From Takakia lepidozioides (taxonomy: Eukaryota; Plantae; Bryophyta), in assembly GCA_030704615.1 (NCBI GenBank), contig CM060732.1:40052001-40116000 (forward strand): a stretch of DNA of 64,000 bases, written 5' to 3'. Under the pieces are notes generated by a model, which saw only the letters and a program-made list of their open reading frames with translations, was not told where the DNA came from and did no database searches. This document shows positions 38,254 to 50,938 of this stretch, piece after piece (position 1 is the first letter of the stretch; each line of letters starts with the position of its first letter). The position numbers were made by a program, and so were the translations under genes.

Positions 38254-41200
38254 ATGACTGGATCTTCGGAGTTGCGCACGTCATTCCTCCTATCACAGCT
38301 GCGTGACACGTTGCAAACCCCCCCGGATGGTTCCTTCAACCACAGGTCGCTTATATGGACTCCAATTATTTCAAGTGGAGGTGGACATCGTGTGAATACG
38401 GATGTTGCGGTCATTCCTTGGACCAGGATCGACGATTTTGTGAGAGGGGAGGAAGAAAGGGCAGAGGCGCCCACTCACTTCAACAGAACGGTGCCTAAAA
38501 AGGGAAAGCATGAGGAGGGCGAGCTCTTAGCTCCAAGGGCCAATAGTTGCTCTCTTGTGATAAAGTCCGCCTTCACCTTTGTGGTTTATGGATGGTCTCA
38601 GTGTGTTCTTTGTAATGGCATGCTGCTTGTTTGCATTGTTTGCTCTTCTATTTTGTCAAAATGCTATGCTCTCGAGTATTCCACTCCGCCGACTTAGTTC
38701 TCATCATTGTTCAGGTTCCACTGTTCGTATGGACGTGAGGACAAGCGTAGTACCTATCTTCTTTGAAGAGAAGGAACGGCGTGTGTTGGATGCTTCATCG
38801 CCTTCTTACAACAACCACAAAGGGCCGAGACGGAAGAAAGTCGTTCAGGGAGAGTCCATCAAGAGGGGTTGCCTCTGTCAGTTTAGGATTGGACGATGCT
38901 ACCTGGATCCTTCTCTTGCTGTCATAACATACGACAACAAAAACCATGTTGATGGATGTGACAAGGTCTGCCATGGTCACATTGACCCGACTTCAAGTAA
39001 CACCCGTTTTGCGCACGCACCTCACCTTAGTGAAGAGGTTAAGATGTGGATAACGGATAGCATACGTGCTGGGTTGTCGCCTGCTGAAATCATGGCCCAA
39101 CATTAACAACAGGTATTTGACAGCAAGGTCAATGGAGAGAAGTGGTGTCGTGATGATGTTGTGCTTGAGCATGACATTAGAAAGTTCATCATGGACAAGC
39201 TTGCATGTGAGACTTTCAAGCGACATAAGGACGAGGGGACCAGTCTGAAGATGTGGAAGGAGGCCCAGCCCCAGAGTGTTTTCTTCTATCAAGAGGACAC
39301 ACCCGATGCCCCTGCTGGAGGAACACGGTGCGGCAATGTCTACCTCAAATTTGCCATTGGCATTCAAACAGAATTTCAGAATAAAACAATGCTTGAAATG
39401 GGTAACAAATGAATCGTCTCTTGTGATGCGACCTTCGGAACCAATGAACACAAGGTGTGTGGAATCAACGACGTGGACTCCTGGGAGCATGAGAGCATAG
39501 CATCTTTCACTGTGAAGGGGATCAGTGGGGAGCAGGGGATCAGTGGAGAGCAGGGGCACAGGGGGGAGCATAGCCTTATCCGATGTGTAGGGGATAACGA
39601 CACTGGCTCATCACCACTGACCTATTAATCCCCCTATCGGATTCGACACCACGGATGCCTCAGCCCATTAGGGGACCAGACACATGGGCCAAACTCCATT
39701 ATGTATACTACCCTATATATGTTGGGACCATTTTGGGACCATGATGTGTACTTATGTGATTCGTAGTGAGGGGTGCGCCGGCAAGAGGGAAGACAGCTTA
39801 GCAAATGCATGCCTTGGGGGGTTATAGAGAGGAATGATGGAGGGATGGTCTCCTTCCAGGGGATCATGGCATAGCCCACAGGGGGGATCACAAAATACTA
39901 AAATGAGAACAGAAGGGCTTACAGGGTTCGGGGTTCACCTACTGTGATTTCTTGTCATTAATTTCAGTAAAATGTCTCGCCTATTTTCAAAATAAAAGTA
40001 CTTACATTGCACATTTTCGTCTTTGTGTGTAGTCTGTTAGGATGTAGACCAACCAATCAAGTCGAAGCGGGCAGTTGCAGGGTTGAGTGGACCAAAAATG
40101 GCAGATCCTGCTCCATGAAAGTCCATGACCAAAAAACAAAAAATTGATGATACTATCCAAAATATATTTTTAGTAATAGATAATGTTATACTGAACATAT
40201 TTAGTAAAGAGTTCTACCCCAAATATTAAAGATATAATTCATTAAATATTTTAGTCTATTATTTAGAGAAATTATGAAAAACTAAAAATTAGAGTTTACA
40301 AAAACAATTCAATATGTCACCTAGCCATTGAAGATTATAGGTTTTTATACTTCTAGAAAAAAAATGACACCCAAAATCCAAAAAACAAGATGAGCTATGG
40401 ACTTTTTAAAAAACACTTATTTGTTTAGTCCATATGAGTCAAATGACAAATGATTTTGCTACTTCAAATCCATAGCTATGATGTGGACCAAAATGGCCAC
40501 CTTAAGTCCAAATTTCAATGGAATTCACTAATGGCACATAGGAGAACTTGAGTCCATTCTAATCCCATTCACTGCGTTAACAGTCCACAATGACGGTGTT
40601 CAAAAGTTCATAGCAGAGTCATTTCTTATCGGATTCATGATTGGAGAGTTGCTATGGGTGCGTATTGAAGCTAGGAATCCAATGACATATATATTTGCTG
40701 GTTTTAAATAGTTAATTCAAATTCAATTGATGACACCATCAATTGCAGTCATCTAAAACTATGCCGGTAACGTCCATTTTGGTCCAATCAACCCTGCATT
40801 CACCCACGCCCGTCCATTTTTTGTCTTGTTTGGGACAAACGCCTCTTCAGGTTGGCATGGTGCGCTTCAATTCTAGCATTCGTATCTTGTTCGGCATGTG
40901 GGATATTTCGAGCTCCAACAACCCACATGTCCACTTTCGGGATCCACCATTTGTGGATATACAAGAAGAACAGTTCAGCTGCGGGATACTTTACAATTGA
41001 AACACAGGCCAGGCCTACGAAGAGTCACCAATGGGACCACCTTTATTGTACATGATGTCCCTCATACCTTGCAAGACATCGGCCCTTAATTGGGTATCCT
41101 TGATCTTCTCGATGGCATTCCTCAGCCAGGCCCTTCCAACATGTCATTGGCACAAGAAAACCGGCACCCCTGGGAATGTATGCCTGAACCATCCACAAAA

Positions 41201-42720
41201 CCGCATTAGCAAGGCCACTACAATACCACAACAAGAGCACCACAAATCAGATACAAGTATGATTCTCTCATAAGTGCTCCCCTGCTCGTGATTCCCAGGT
41301 GATCCCCTTTCACTAAACCCCTGATCCCATGATCCCCTTTGACTGACCACTCATACAGATCCGGTGAAGGCAATGAAAGGGGAATACATGAGCCCTCCTA
41401 TGGCCAATCAAAGGCCGATAAAAATCACATTGTTGGATCTAAGATCTGCTGCTCCTGATCCCCTGCTACCCTAAGTGTCCCAAGTCCGTGATCACTGATC
41501 CCATAATTGATCCCCTTTCATTGATCCCCCCATGCAACATTGGACTCATGGACCCTCGATCATTGTCGGATCTAAGATCTGCTGCTCCTGATCCCCTCGT
41601 ACCCTGAGTCTCCTAGTCCCCTGATCACTGATCCCATAATCGATCCCCTTTCACTAATCCCCCATGCAACCCTACACTCTTGGTCCCCTCTACACGGATC
41701 TCCCGCAAGGAAACATTGTGACTGGTCCCCTCTCAGTGCTCCCCTCATGCAGAAGCAGGCAAGGCAATGGAAGTTCATTGGTAGGGGGGAGGGATTGCGA
41801 ACAAACCGAATGGCGTTAATCTCAGCATCGGCGTCGTCCACAATGAATGCGTTGGGATGCCAATCCGGCTGATCGGCCTGGAGCCTTTGACGAAGAGCCA
41901 ACATCCAACTTGACAAATTGTTGGCATTGTTTCTTGAAGATATTATGTATGCAACAGGGATGCCGTTCAGCCAAATGTCAAAGACCATAAGGGTATACAT
42001 GACATACATTATTGGTACATTTTGACCTTGAAAGCTGAAGGTTTTATTCGCAACTCTAGGATGGAACATTTCGTGCAAAATGCGGTGTGGATGGCTGGGC
42101 AAATACCGGAATCCAACGTGAAATTGCCCGAGCACACGGGGGATCCTGCGAAGATAAAAAACATGTCTTCTCCAGGCACTGTATACACTATATGCAATCC
42201 AGCATCCGAGTTGTGACTGCCCTAACGCCATGGAAGAGATCCTATGCAAGCACCAAGTGAAGGTGTTCAAGATGTTGCGGCCACATGTACCAGAGGGTTT
42301 AATTGTCCAAACTTATGGAACACGGCTTGGGACACTCAATGGGGGCATGGCCAAGCTGTTGGACCTTGATCCCCTGTCCGTTGCGGAGCCCCTGTGTGAC
42401 ACAGATCGCATGTGTGGCATTGTTCCCCCTGTACCACACACGGTTCCGGCTGACAATGTCTTGGGCAAGCAGCAGCCCCGCCATGAATCGGAGGCAACTG
42501 TCATGAAGGCCATCGCAGAGGAGATGCTCGGTCTGGAAGTTTGTGTCAAAGGTAACATGGCCCTTCAGAGCCATCTTTTGAGTGACCTTCGTGTGACGAG
42601 AGGAAAACTAGCGCAAATGGCCACACGCATGGCTGCGGGTCTTCTCCACCCACATCTTATTAGAAGGTTTGAACGTGTTCAGGATGGATCGGGAATGATT
42701 TTGAAGAGAAGTTCTAAAGG
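38254..42720 (+). pseudogene. MULE-type DDE transposase with SWIM finger; middle exons (40033-42006) lie inverted on the minus strand
   Basis: Plus: IPWTRIDDFVRGEE, FHCSYGRED, RGCLCQF, CDATFGTN (D1). Minus: YTLMVFD..GIPVAYII, AFIVDDA (D2), LCQWHV, QDTNARIEAHH (E), RLDWLVYIL. Plus again: HYWY...CDC..LCKH (SWIM). Stops and frameshifts present. Confidence 0.88.
40069..40805. mobile_element. AT-rich MITE inserted in the transposase coding sequence
   Basis: TIR GGGCAGTTGCAGGGTTGAGTGGACCAAAAATGG / CCATTTTGGTCCAATCAACCCTGCATTCACCC; splits MDGR|RLDWLV on the minus strand. Confidence 0.85.
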
Positions 42721-44034
42721 ATTGGGTAGAGGTTTCTATGTCATGGAAATCAAGACGTCTTGGATAAAACAAAGTCTCAGCAATCCCTCCATCATCGCCT
42801 ATTTTGCATGCGCTTCATCAAGTTGGGCATCCAAGATTGAAGGGTTGAGAGCAAGCATGTTTATGCTCTCGTGCTCCCATTCAGATTGCTGATTCCCCTG
42901 AGATTGCAGTCTCATCGAATTATTTGGTATCAAACAATTTCTCATAATTCAAAATGACTGAAGCTATGTTCAATGACCCATGTGTTGTGTGATTCACAAT
43001 GGAGTGAAAGAGATGTGGATGATCATCCACCTTTTATTGCAATTGAGTCTGTATGCATGCATTTGCATTGATGTGCAAACACAAATTACCGTGCACTATT
43101 ATGTTTTGCCTTTAAATTGACACTCCTGAATTCCAATACTGCAAAACGGTTGCCGCCAGTCTCTAGTGTGTTTCCTGCCACCATTCTTGCATTGCAAGCA
43201 CACTGCTCCCCTCCTCCCATCATCCCTCTCTTCGTGTAGTGCTTCGGCCTCTACTCCCCTGAGCCTGCAGAGGTTCCTTGATCCCCCTCATCCCCCTTCT
43301 CATCACAATTGGCCCCCTCATACCCTTGCTTCCCGACGTTGTGCTTAGCTCCCCGTCATCCTCTTCCCATTCAGTGCTCCCCCTCATCCCTTGCGGCTTC
43401 GCAATGGACTGATATGCCCGGTCCCCCTCACCGTGCACTGCTCCCCTATGTATCACCCAAAGAGTTTGCTCAACAAGGCAGTGCGGCTGTCATCCGGCGG
43501 GGCAATTATTGAAGCCAACGCCTTGTGTTTAGTGACCCATGATGTTTTGTGCGATTCACATTAGTGGTATGAGAGACATTTGTGGTGACCTTGGTGGGAA
43601 CCATTTGGATTCTCATAGTGTATATAACGTATCGGACACCGTATATGTGGTTTTGAAAGCCATTCTGTCTCATAACCATTATACATTCGCTTCCAACGTG
43701 AAGCCACCAATTCAAAGTTCTCCATTTGAAAAGGAGGATACCATTGCATTTGCAAGGCAGTGCACCATAAAACCGATGCTTCAGTATCATCGTCCTTTCA
43801 GAGAGCAAATGACATTGTCTTGGACTAAAGCAGAAGTTTGTGGGCTCTGGGTCATCTTCCAACTCTCAGCTCTCAGCCATTGTTGGGCAAATTTCAGATT
43901 TTGCTTTGGAGTTTATTTTCAGTTTTTGTTGCGTGCTTATGCACCACTCGTACATGCAAGAGACGTGACCTTTCATAGTGCAAGACACGGACATGACCTT
44001 TCAGAACTTGCCCCTTCACACGTGACTTTTCATC

Positions 44035-44760
44035 CGTGATCCCCCGATCCTCCTACTTCCCTGATCCCCCGATCCCCCGATCCCCCGATTCGAAACCCGC
44101 TGTCCCTCATCCCCTCATCCCTCGTCCAACTCCCGACATTCCCTCCCTAAACCTCTCATCTCCTGCCCTGTTCCCCTGGTTCCCTGATCCCATGGTCTCC
44201 CCGCCCGTTCCCCTGGTTCCCTGATCCCCTGATCTCCCCACCCACCCCCCTAGTTCCCCGATCCCCCTCATCTCCCAGTCTGATCCCCTGATCTCCCCAC
44301 CCGTTCCCCTGGTTCCCTGATCCCCTGATCTCCCCACCTATTCCCCTGGTTCCCTGATCCCCGGTTCTCCCCACCCATTCCCCTGCTCTCCCCGCCCATT
44401 CCCCTGGTTCCCTGATCCCCTGTTCTCCCTACCCGTTCCCCTGCTCCCCTGATCCCCCGATCCCCTGCTCTCCCCGCCCATTCCACTGGTTCCCTGATCT
44501 TCCCCACCCATTCCCCTGGTTCCCTGATCCCCTGTTATCCCCACCCGTTCCCCTGCTCCCCTGATCCCTTACTCTCCCCACCCGTTTCCCTTGTTCCCTG
44601 ATCCCCTGATCTCCCCGCCTGTTCCCCTGGTTCCCTGATCCCCTAATCTCTCCCATCCGTTCCCCTACCCCCTCATTCCATGACCCCCTCATCCGCCACA
44701 TCCCTGGTTCTGATCCACCCCAAGGATCCCCTCACCCCCTCCCCCTTGATCCCCTTCATA
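44035..44760. repeat. C-rich minisatellite (~37-bp unit GATCCCCTGATCTCCCCACCCGTTCCCCTGGTTCCCT) between the two convergent MULE genes
   Basis: More than ten visible units with extreme C/T strand skew. Confidence 0.92.
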
Positions 44761-45883
44761 GCACACTGGACGCCAAAGAAGACACAAATGAGCTTCATTT
44801 TTTTTCGTGGGGAATGGAGATACAATAGCTACATCCTCAGCATCTGAGGCAAACATATGCGACAGTCTACGCTGCAAGTCAGCATCATCCCAATTATCCA
44901 CTATCCATCCACAAAGAAAATCCTGCTTTGATACTGTGTACTCACATGTAAACCAATGTGCTGTAAAAGTTGCCCCCCATTTTTTTGTGATTTTGGTCTC
45001 CAAGTATTTCTGTATGAAAGTTATTACAAAGTAGCCACACTCCCAGCCGCATGGTTGTTGTGGCACCTCAGGTTCTAGCCACTTCCATGCCATTATTTCC
45101 TTCCAAAGTAATGAGTCTGGTTCGGCTTTGTGTAGGTATGCTCTAAAAGTGCGAAGACGCGTTTCAAAGGCAAGTCGGCTATGGGATTTGAATGATGTCA
45201 TGGAATTCAGATGAACAAACTTGGACTTATCAAAAACCATCAAACTCCAATGGCCCCTGCAGAACGCACATGTGTTTGAGGCCAGACACCACTAATGCTT
45301 TGCATTCTCCAAATCAAATCAAACCTTTTTTGCCCCCTTCTTTGGTTTGGTGCGTTCAAAATCGGTGTCGGACTCACTACGGCTAGTCCTCTTTGCAGGG
45401 GCAGCCACTTGTGAAGGTGCAGGCGCATCAGGCTTCTTTCTCGCCCCTTTGGGCTGCTGCTGCCGATCGGTAGGGGACACGTCGTCTCCTGGTACGTGCT
45501 GCGCTTCAGGGTTTGTACACCCTCTCAACCTCTCCACAAAATGAGTAAACTGCTTCGGGAACTCGGCAGTGGGCCAGGGTTTTAGTGGCAACTCAACCTT
45601 GTCCCAACCATCCACCATGTTCAACCAAGGACAACCCTCCCCATCAATGACATGTCTATTCAACCTAATCTCATCCTTCATGGGCCGCCCACAAAACTTG
45701 CACTTATAGGGATTCCTTTGTTTCGCACCATCACAAACTCTGAGGTCTGCCTCTGCCTCCACTATCATCTCCTCCCACTCAGTTGGCATATACCAGAAAT
45801 GAACCTCATCCCCTTTCTTAGGTTTGTGCCAAAAACCAGCATACTATCCTCCGGGGGAACAACCTTAGGCCTAGTCTTCACCA
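44760..45883 (-). pseudogene. Zinc-finger + Ulp1/C48 SUMO-protease-like gene carried by the MULE
   Basis: YKCKFCGRPMKDEIRLNRHV (zinc finger); after an acceptor near 45258: GHWSLMVFD...HLNSM...VPQQPCGWECGYFV (His and Gln/Cys motifs of C48 proteases); frameshift near 45790. Confidence 0.75.
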
Positions 45884-47199
45884 TCGGCAACGAGCACACG
45901 ACGCCGAAATACACAAAAGTAAAAGCAAGGAACGGAAGCCAGAGAAAACAAGGAAGAGCACACGGATTGCAACGAACAAAAGGAAAACACAACGCATAGA
46001 CAACAAAGATGATATGAGTAGAACAGCTGAAAAACAACAACGAAGAGCCGCCACCGAAGAGTCGCTTCGCGAGGAAGACATTCCGCACATGCAGTGAACC
46101 TAGGGGACCGGGCACGTGGGGGAGCAGGGGATCAGTCGATGGACACATGGCGACAGCTCCAGACTGGGGATCACTGATGCCGACACGTGGGAAGATTTGG
46201 GCGGTCATAAGGGGGAGCAGGCATGCGGAGATGTGAAGGGGGAGCGAACCCCTAGGCGGTGTTAGAACATGGGGATCAAAGTAGGGGGACCAGACACGTG
46301 GGGGGATGTTAGTAGAGGGGAGCAGGCATGTGCGGAGAGTACTGGATGTGACATGCATAGTGATTCTGTGGTCAGGGAGGTGACACGTGGGCATCGAAGA
46401 TAGGGGGAGCAGCGGGGGGACCAGACAGTGGGGGAGCAGAAACTCGTGAGGGATTGGATGTTTGGGGATTTTGCAAGTGAGGGATTGAGGGAGGGAGTCA
46501 ACTCATGAGAGGGAGGGAGACAACTCGTGAGAGGAAGGGGACCAAAACTGTAGGGGTAGGGAGCATGAGAAGATAGCGTTGTGTAGGACGAGTAAAACAC
46601 CATGCTAGGTCGAAAAAGAAATCCATATAAGTGCTTGCATTATGAGCTGGCCGGTATACAACCATCTTGGACTCTGCAACCTCCATCAATCCTATTCAGC
46701 TGCCCGATATGCAACCGTGTTCGATTCTGCAACACACAGATGTTTACATGTCAATCTAGCAAGGTAAGAAGTATGAAAAAAAAAACATGAAGTTGAGGCT
46801 AAGTTTAATATGCGAAAGCTACTATAGTTACAAATCCTCATCACCCTGCACATGGGATTTGGTGCAGCCTATGCCAATCCTGTACTTCAGCTTTCAAAAC
46901 AACAAACAACAAACAACAAAGAGGAAAACAAGAAAGATCAACAAAAGAAGAACAAGAAGAACAAGAAGTGAAGAAGAAAACCCCATGTATGCATTGTATG
47001 CAAGACGTTCGTCGCAAGAGAATCACAAACGCCATAGAGCGCACACGATTCAGGCCCTGGCAAGTCATCCCAAACCCGTCGAAGTAGGAGCACGAACAAG
47101 CACGACACCTGGAAACCCTCAACCATGGAGATGGAGAACCCTACCTCCACGACAAAGTGAACAACACATGCAGGTCCACGTGGTGCGATACCCACCGTT

Positions 47200-48480
47200 C
47201 GAAATGGAAGGGATTTGGGGATTGGTCAAAGGGGGATCAAAGCAGGAGATTGGCGGCAAGACCTGGGAGGGGGATGGACAACCGGGGGAGCGCCACGCAG
47301 TGGACCATTGCGCAAAACAATCAGACGGCGGGGGGACGGCCACATGACGTTGAAGAGGGCCAAGGGGGATCAGTCCCCCGGGGAGAGCAGGGGATCGGGA
47401 ACGGATCGACATTGGGGGTGCCGCCACGTGGTCGAGGGGACGGCGCGGCGACGGGGGGATCGACGACGAGGGGACCGCGACGTGGCCCACGGGTCATGGA
47501 GGGCACCGTGGAGCAGCACGTGGCGGAAAATGTGGGGAGGGGGATCAGTCCCTGGGAGGAGGGGATCAACCTTGGCGGGGGGGAGCAACAGTGCGGGGAT
47601 TGTGCCATCCATGGTCGAAGGCCCGGGGGACCGCGCCTGGGCTCGGGGGATCAGGCCTCTGACCGTTGGAGGGATCGACGGCAGGGGGGATTGCGATGTG
47701 GCGTGTCACTGTGAACGACAATGGTTTCAGGTAAGATTGATGGGCAGGGGATCAACGGTTCGAGGAGCACCACGTGGCGCGCGATTGGGAGTGGGGGATC
47801 ACTCCCTACCTGGACGGGGGATCAACCCACTTGCGGGGGAACGGCTCCGATGGGATGAGGGGATCAATGGCGGGGGGAGCGCCACGTGGCGGTGGACGTG
47901 TCATCGGGCCTTCATCCGGCCATCGTCGTTTTTGAGGGTGGATGGATGCGTAGGGGATCGACGGTTCGGGGGAGCACACGAGGCGGGCGATTAGGGATGG
48001 GGGATCACTGCCGGTCCGGAGGGGGGATCAAGCTAGGTCGGGGGTGCGGCGACGTCTCGGGGGATCACGCCGTGGATGGGAGGAGGGGATCGATGGTGGG
48101 GGGAGCGGATGGACGCGTCATGGGGCCTTCATCCGGCCGTCATCCATCCCCTGCGCGGGGGCGGGGCGGGGGGCGGATGACACACATCATCCACTTAATT
48201 GAGGTTGGATGGATAGGGAGGGGATGGACGGTTCGGGGGAGCGCCACGTGGCTGGAGATGGGGGGTGGGGGATCACTCCCACACTGGACGGGGGATCAAC
48301 CCAGTGAGGGGATCCACAGCGGGGTGCTGCCACATGGCTGGAGATTGGGCGGTGGTGTGGGGCGCCGCGTGGCCAGTGGTGGGGCGGGGGTCAGGGGTCC
48401 CGGGCGGGGGCGGGCGGGAGGGCGTGGGGGGGGTGGGGGGGGGGGGCGGGGTGCAGCAGGCGAGCGGTAAGGGGGTGGGG
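47200..48480. repeat. Right subterminal array of the MULE (GGGGATC / CCACGTGG motifs)
   Basis: Reverse-complement homology to 36331-38020. Confidence 0.9.
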
Positions 48481-49676
48481 ATGATTTGACATGGGGCGTC
48501 CAGCTCGCCGACAAGGCTGCCGGAGCGGGGGTTCCGGGCTGTACCTCGCGGGCCGTACCTGTCAGCTCACACGCTTGCAATAAAATCAAGCCACATCCAT
48601 ATTGGGACCTATGTCTTATGTCGGGGAGGGTATGTCCAGCCCCAATGGCCCGCCACTATTTCTTACCACATGTAGGGCGGCTCGACCCTATTCTTTATTT
48701 TAAGGAATTGGCTAGATGATGTGCAGACGGATTGCAAGGTGGTTTCGCGCGGGATCAAGGATTTCTTTTTGTCGGAAGACAATTTGATTGATGAATATGA
48801 GGACCTCATTGCAGATGCTGGTTTATTTGATGATGAGGATTGCAATCAGTCTTCTTTTAACTAAGCTTGCTTCAATTTGGATACTAAAATCTGCAACGTT
48901 GTTATTATGTAATGCAAAGACTGAATTTTGCAACATAATAATTAATTTCTTTGTGAAATCAACTGAAATCTTCTAAATTCAATACATATTAGTTAATTTC
49001 AATTTTAATTATTTATACCCGAGTTGATAACCGGCTGGTATTAGACTGGAATACCCATCCTATTTATACCCGTCCACACATCGAAAATCATACTACTATT
49101 GAGAACCGGTGGGTATTAATCCTTAAGTTCCCAAACTTTTTTTTGACTTTTTACCAATTCTGGGTACCCAGCTGCAGTAAATTACCCCTAGAATCCTACC
49201 AAAAATCATCCAGAGATTCCAGCCTTATAGCAGTGGGCCCACCCACCTCATTTATGCATGAAGTACCAAAAATGAGCCAAGTCCACCGTGGAAATTGTGA
49301 GATTATAACATTGGCAAGGACCTCAAATATCAGGTCCCAAAGAAAAAGTGAGAAAGAAATTGGTTTGACCAAAAACCTAGCTTTATTGCTTGCCCCCAGA
49401 CCCACCATTTCCAAATCAATAGTGGAGTGGCTATAACCCCACTAAATTGCAGGTCCAACTGATTTTTTCACCTATGGTTGTTTTGCATGCAATTACATAG
49501 GGGTTGAAATCTCAAAATTGACAAGAGAAAATGTGCCTCCAAATGAAGTGTTTTTTTTTCTACAAATTTTTTAAAAGCCAATGGTGGATGTGTGTATGTA
49601 ATGCTCATACACCACAAAGTAAAGTGTTTTTTCTAAAATTGCTAATTTTCTGTCAAAAATGGTCTTCGGAGTGCAC

Positions 49677-49842
49677 TTTGCACTTGGCGTTATACTCTCT
49701 CAATACGGTACATATGGCCGACTTCACCTTGGTGGTTTTCGTTCTCGCAAATTTTTCGCTGCGGAGATCAATTATGAAATCCATGACAAAGAACTTCTAT
49801 CGATTATCGATGCTTTTAAGGAGTGACGTCATCTATTGGAGG
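49677..49842 (+). mobile_element. Isolated Ty3/gypsy RNase H fragment
   Basis: ALGVILSQ...RSRKFFAAEINYEIHDKELLSIIDAFKE*RHLLE. Confidence 0.8.
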
Positions 49843-50938
49843 TTTTGGGCTTGTTTACCTGCCACGTCAACGGTCAACAAGCCCTTTTCAGGCAAAAAAA
49901 CGTAAATGAGAGATCTAAGATATTTTATTTTGTAAGTCGTAGCTTTTGTTTTTTTTTAACTTTGTTTTTTACATCATACTCGAGACAAATCCCTTGTCAT
50001 TAAAGCTTCAGGAGTGGGCCCCATCAGATTAGATCTGAAAAAAATAGGTCCAACTGCAAATTCAAAGTGACCCGATTAAAGGTTGCTTGGGGTTAAAATT
50101 GAGGGAATCCTTTAATACTATGGAACCGGCTAGTATTGCAAATTAATTTCTTTTCAATACCTGGAGCTGGTATTAAAAAAAGTACACCAGCCCAACACTG
50201 GTAGGTACAGAGGCAACCATGAAGTTCACTTGAATTGTCTCACCCTTAAATGGAGAATTGGTTCACTTTGACTGCGAGAATGTGCTTGTTGGGGACGCGC
50301 GATCCCCTCCGAAATGGACGGCCGCGCTATTTTGACGATAGAGCGCCAAAAAACCCTGCTGCTGGGTGCACACGACAGCAGTGAGATTTTGGAAGATGTA
50401 CTGTTTCAAGAGCCAGACCACAACAGGTCGAAGGACCTGCCATCCTGCTCTGAAGTCAACAATATCGCTGTTTATGATCTGTTGATCCCCAAGGTGATCC
50501 TGGATTTGCAGTTTTGACCGGTCCGAGCTGACCATGAAGTTTACAGGTCTTCATATGCAATAGTTTGGTAGTAGTCATCCTGGCTGTTATGCCCATGATT
50601 CACCTCTGCCACCGTTTACGTGGAGCTTCGTCCATACTTCCATGTGGAATCACTGTTCTGAAAAGCTCGGACTCCTAATGAGTCTCTAGTTACGTGCAAG
50701 CTCATGTCAAGATTGCAGCTTAGAGAGTTTTGACCGGTCAGTCATGCCTATAGATTTACTGTCGTCATGGCTTCCGTCTTCATGATATAGTGGTAGATTC
50801 ATGTGGGCCGTGGTGCCCACTTATCTTTGAAAACCCATAATCTGGCTCTAACTGTCTCGTATGGCTTTCGCATCCAGTATGTAAAAAGGGCAGGCTTGAG
50901 AACAGATAGAATTTGAGGCATAATTTACCGCTCGTATC

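Larger units (their letters stand above)
36202..48609. mobile_element. Mutator-like element (12.4 kb) with ~129-bp TIRs and GC-rich subterminal arrays
   Basis: 36202-36330 is a near-perfect reverse complement of 48481-48609 (GGTCCCAATATGGATGTGG...); encloses DDE/SWIM transposase and Ulp1-like genes; no clean TSD. Confidence 0.9.
35951..50200. mobile_element. hAT element expanded to 14.25 kb by nested insertions
   Basis: 8-bp TSD GTAGGTAC (35943-35950 / 50201-50208); TIR CATTGTTGGACTGGT / ACCAGCCCAACACTG; GGCTGGTAT subterminal motifs as in 9620-10400; possible acidic transposase C-terminal remnant at ~48700-48864. Confidence 0.9.

Noticed and set aside
43539-44039. 166-aa ORF inside the MULE
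   Set aside because: No recognisable motif; could be a further decayed element exon but cannot be assigned
49120-50092. TTAA-flanked (piggyBac-like) insertion within the hAT
   Set aside because: TTAA occurs at both sides but the putative TIRs match poorly; not supportable
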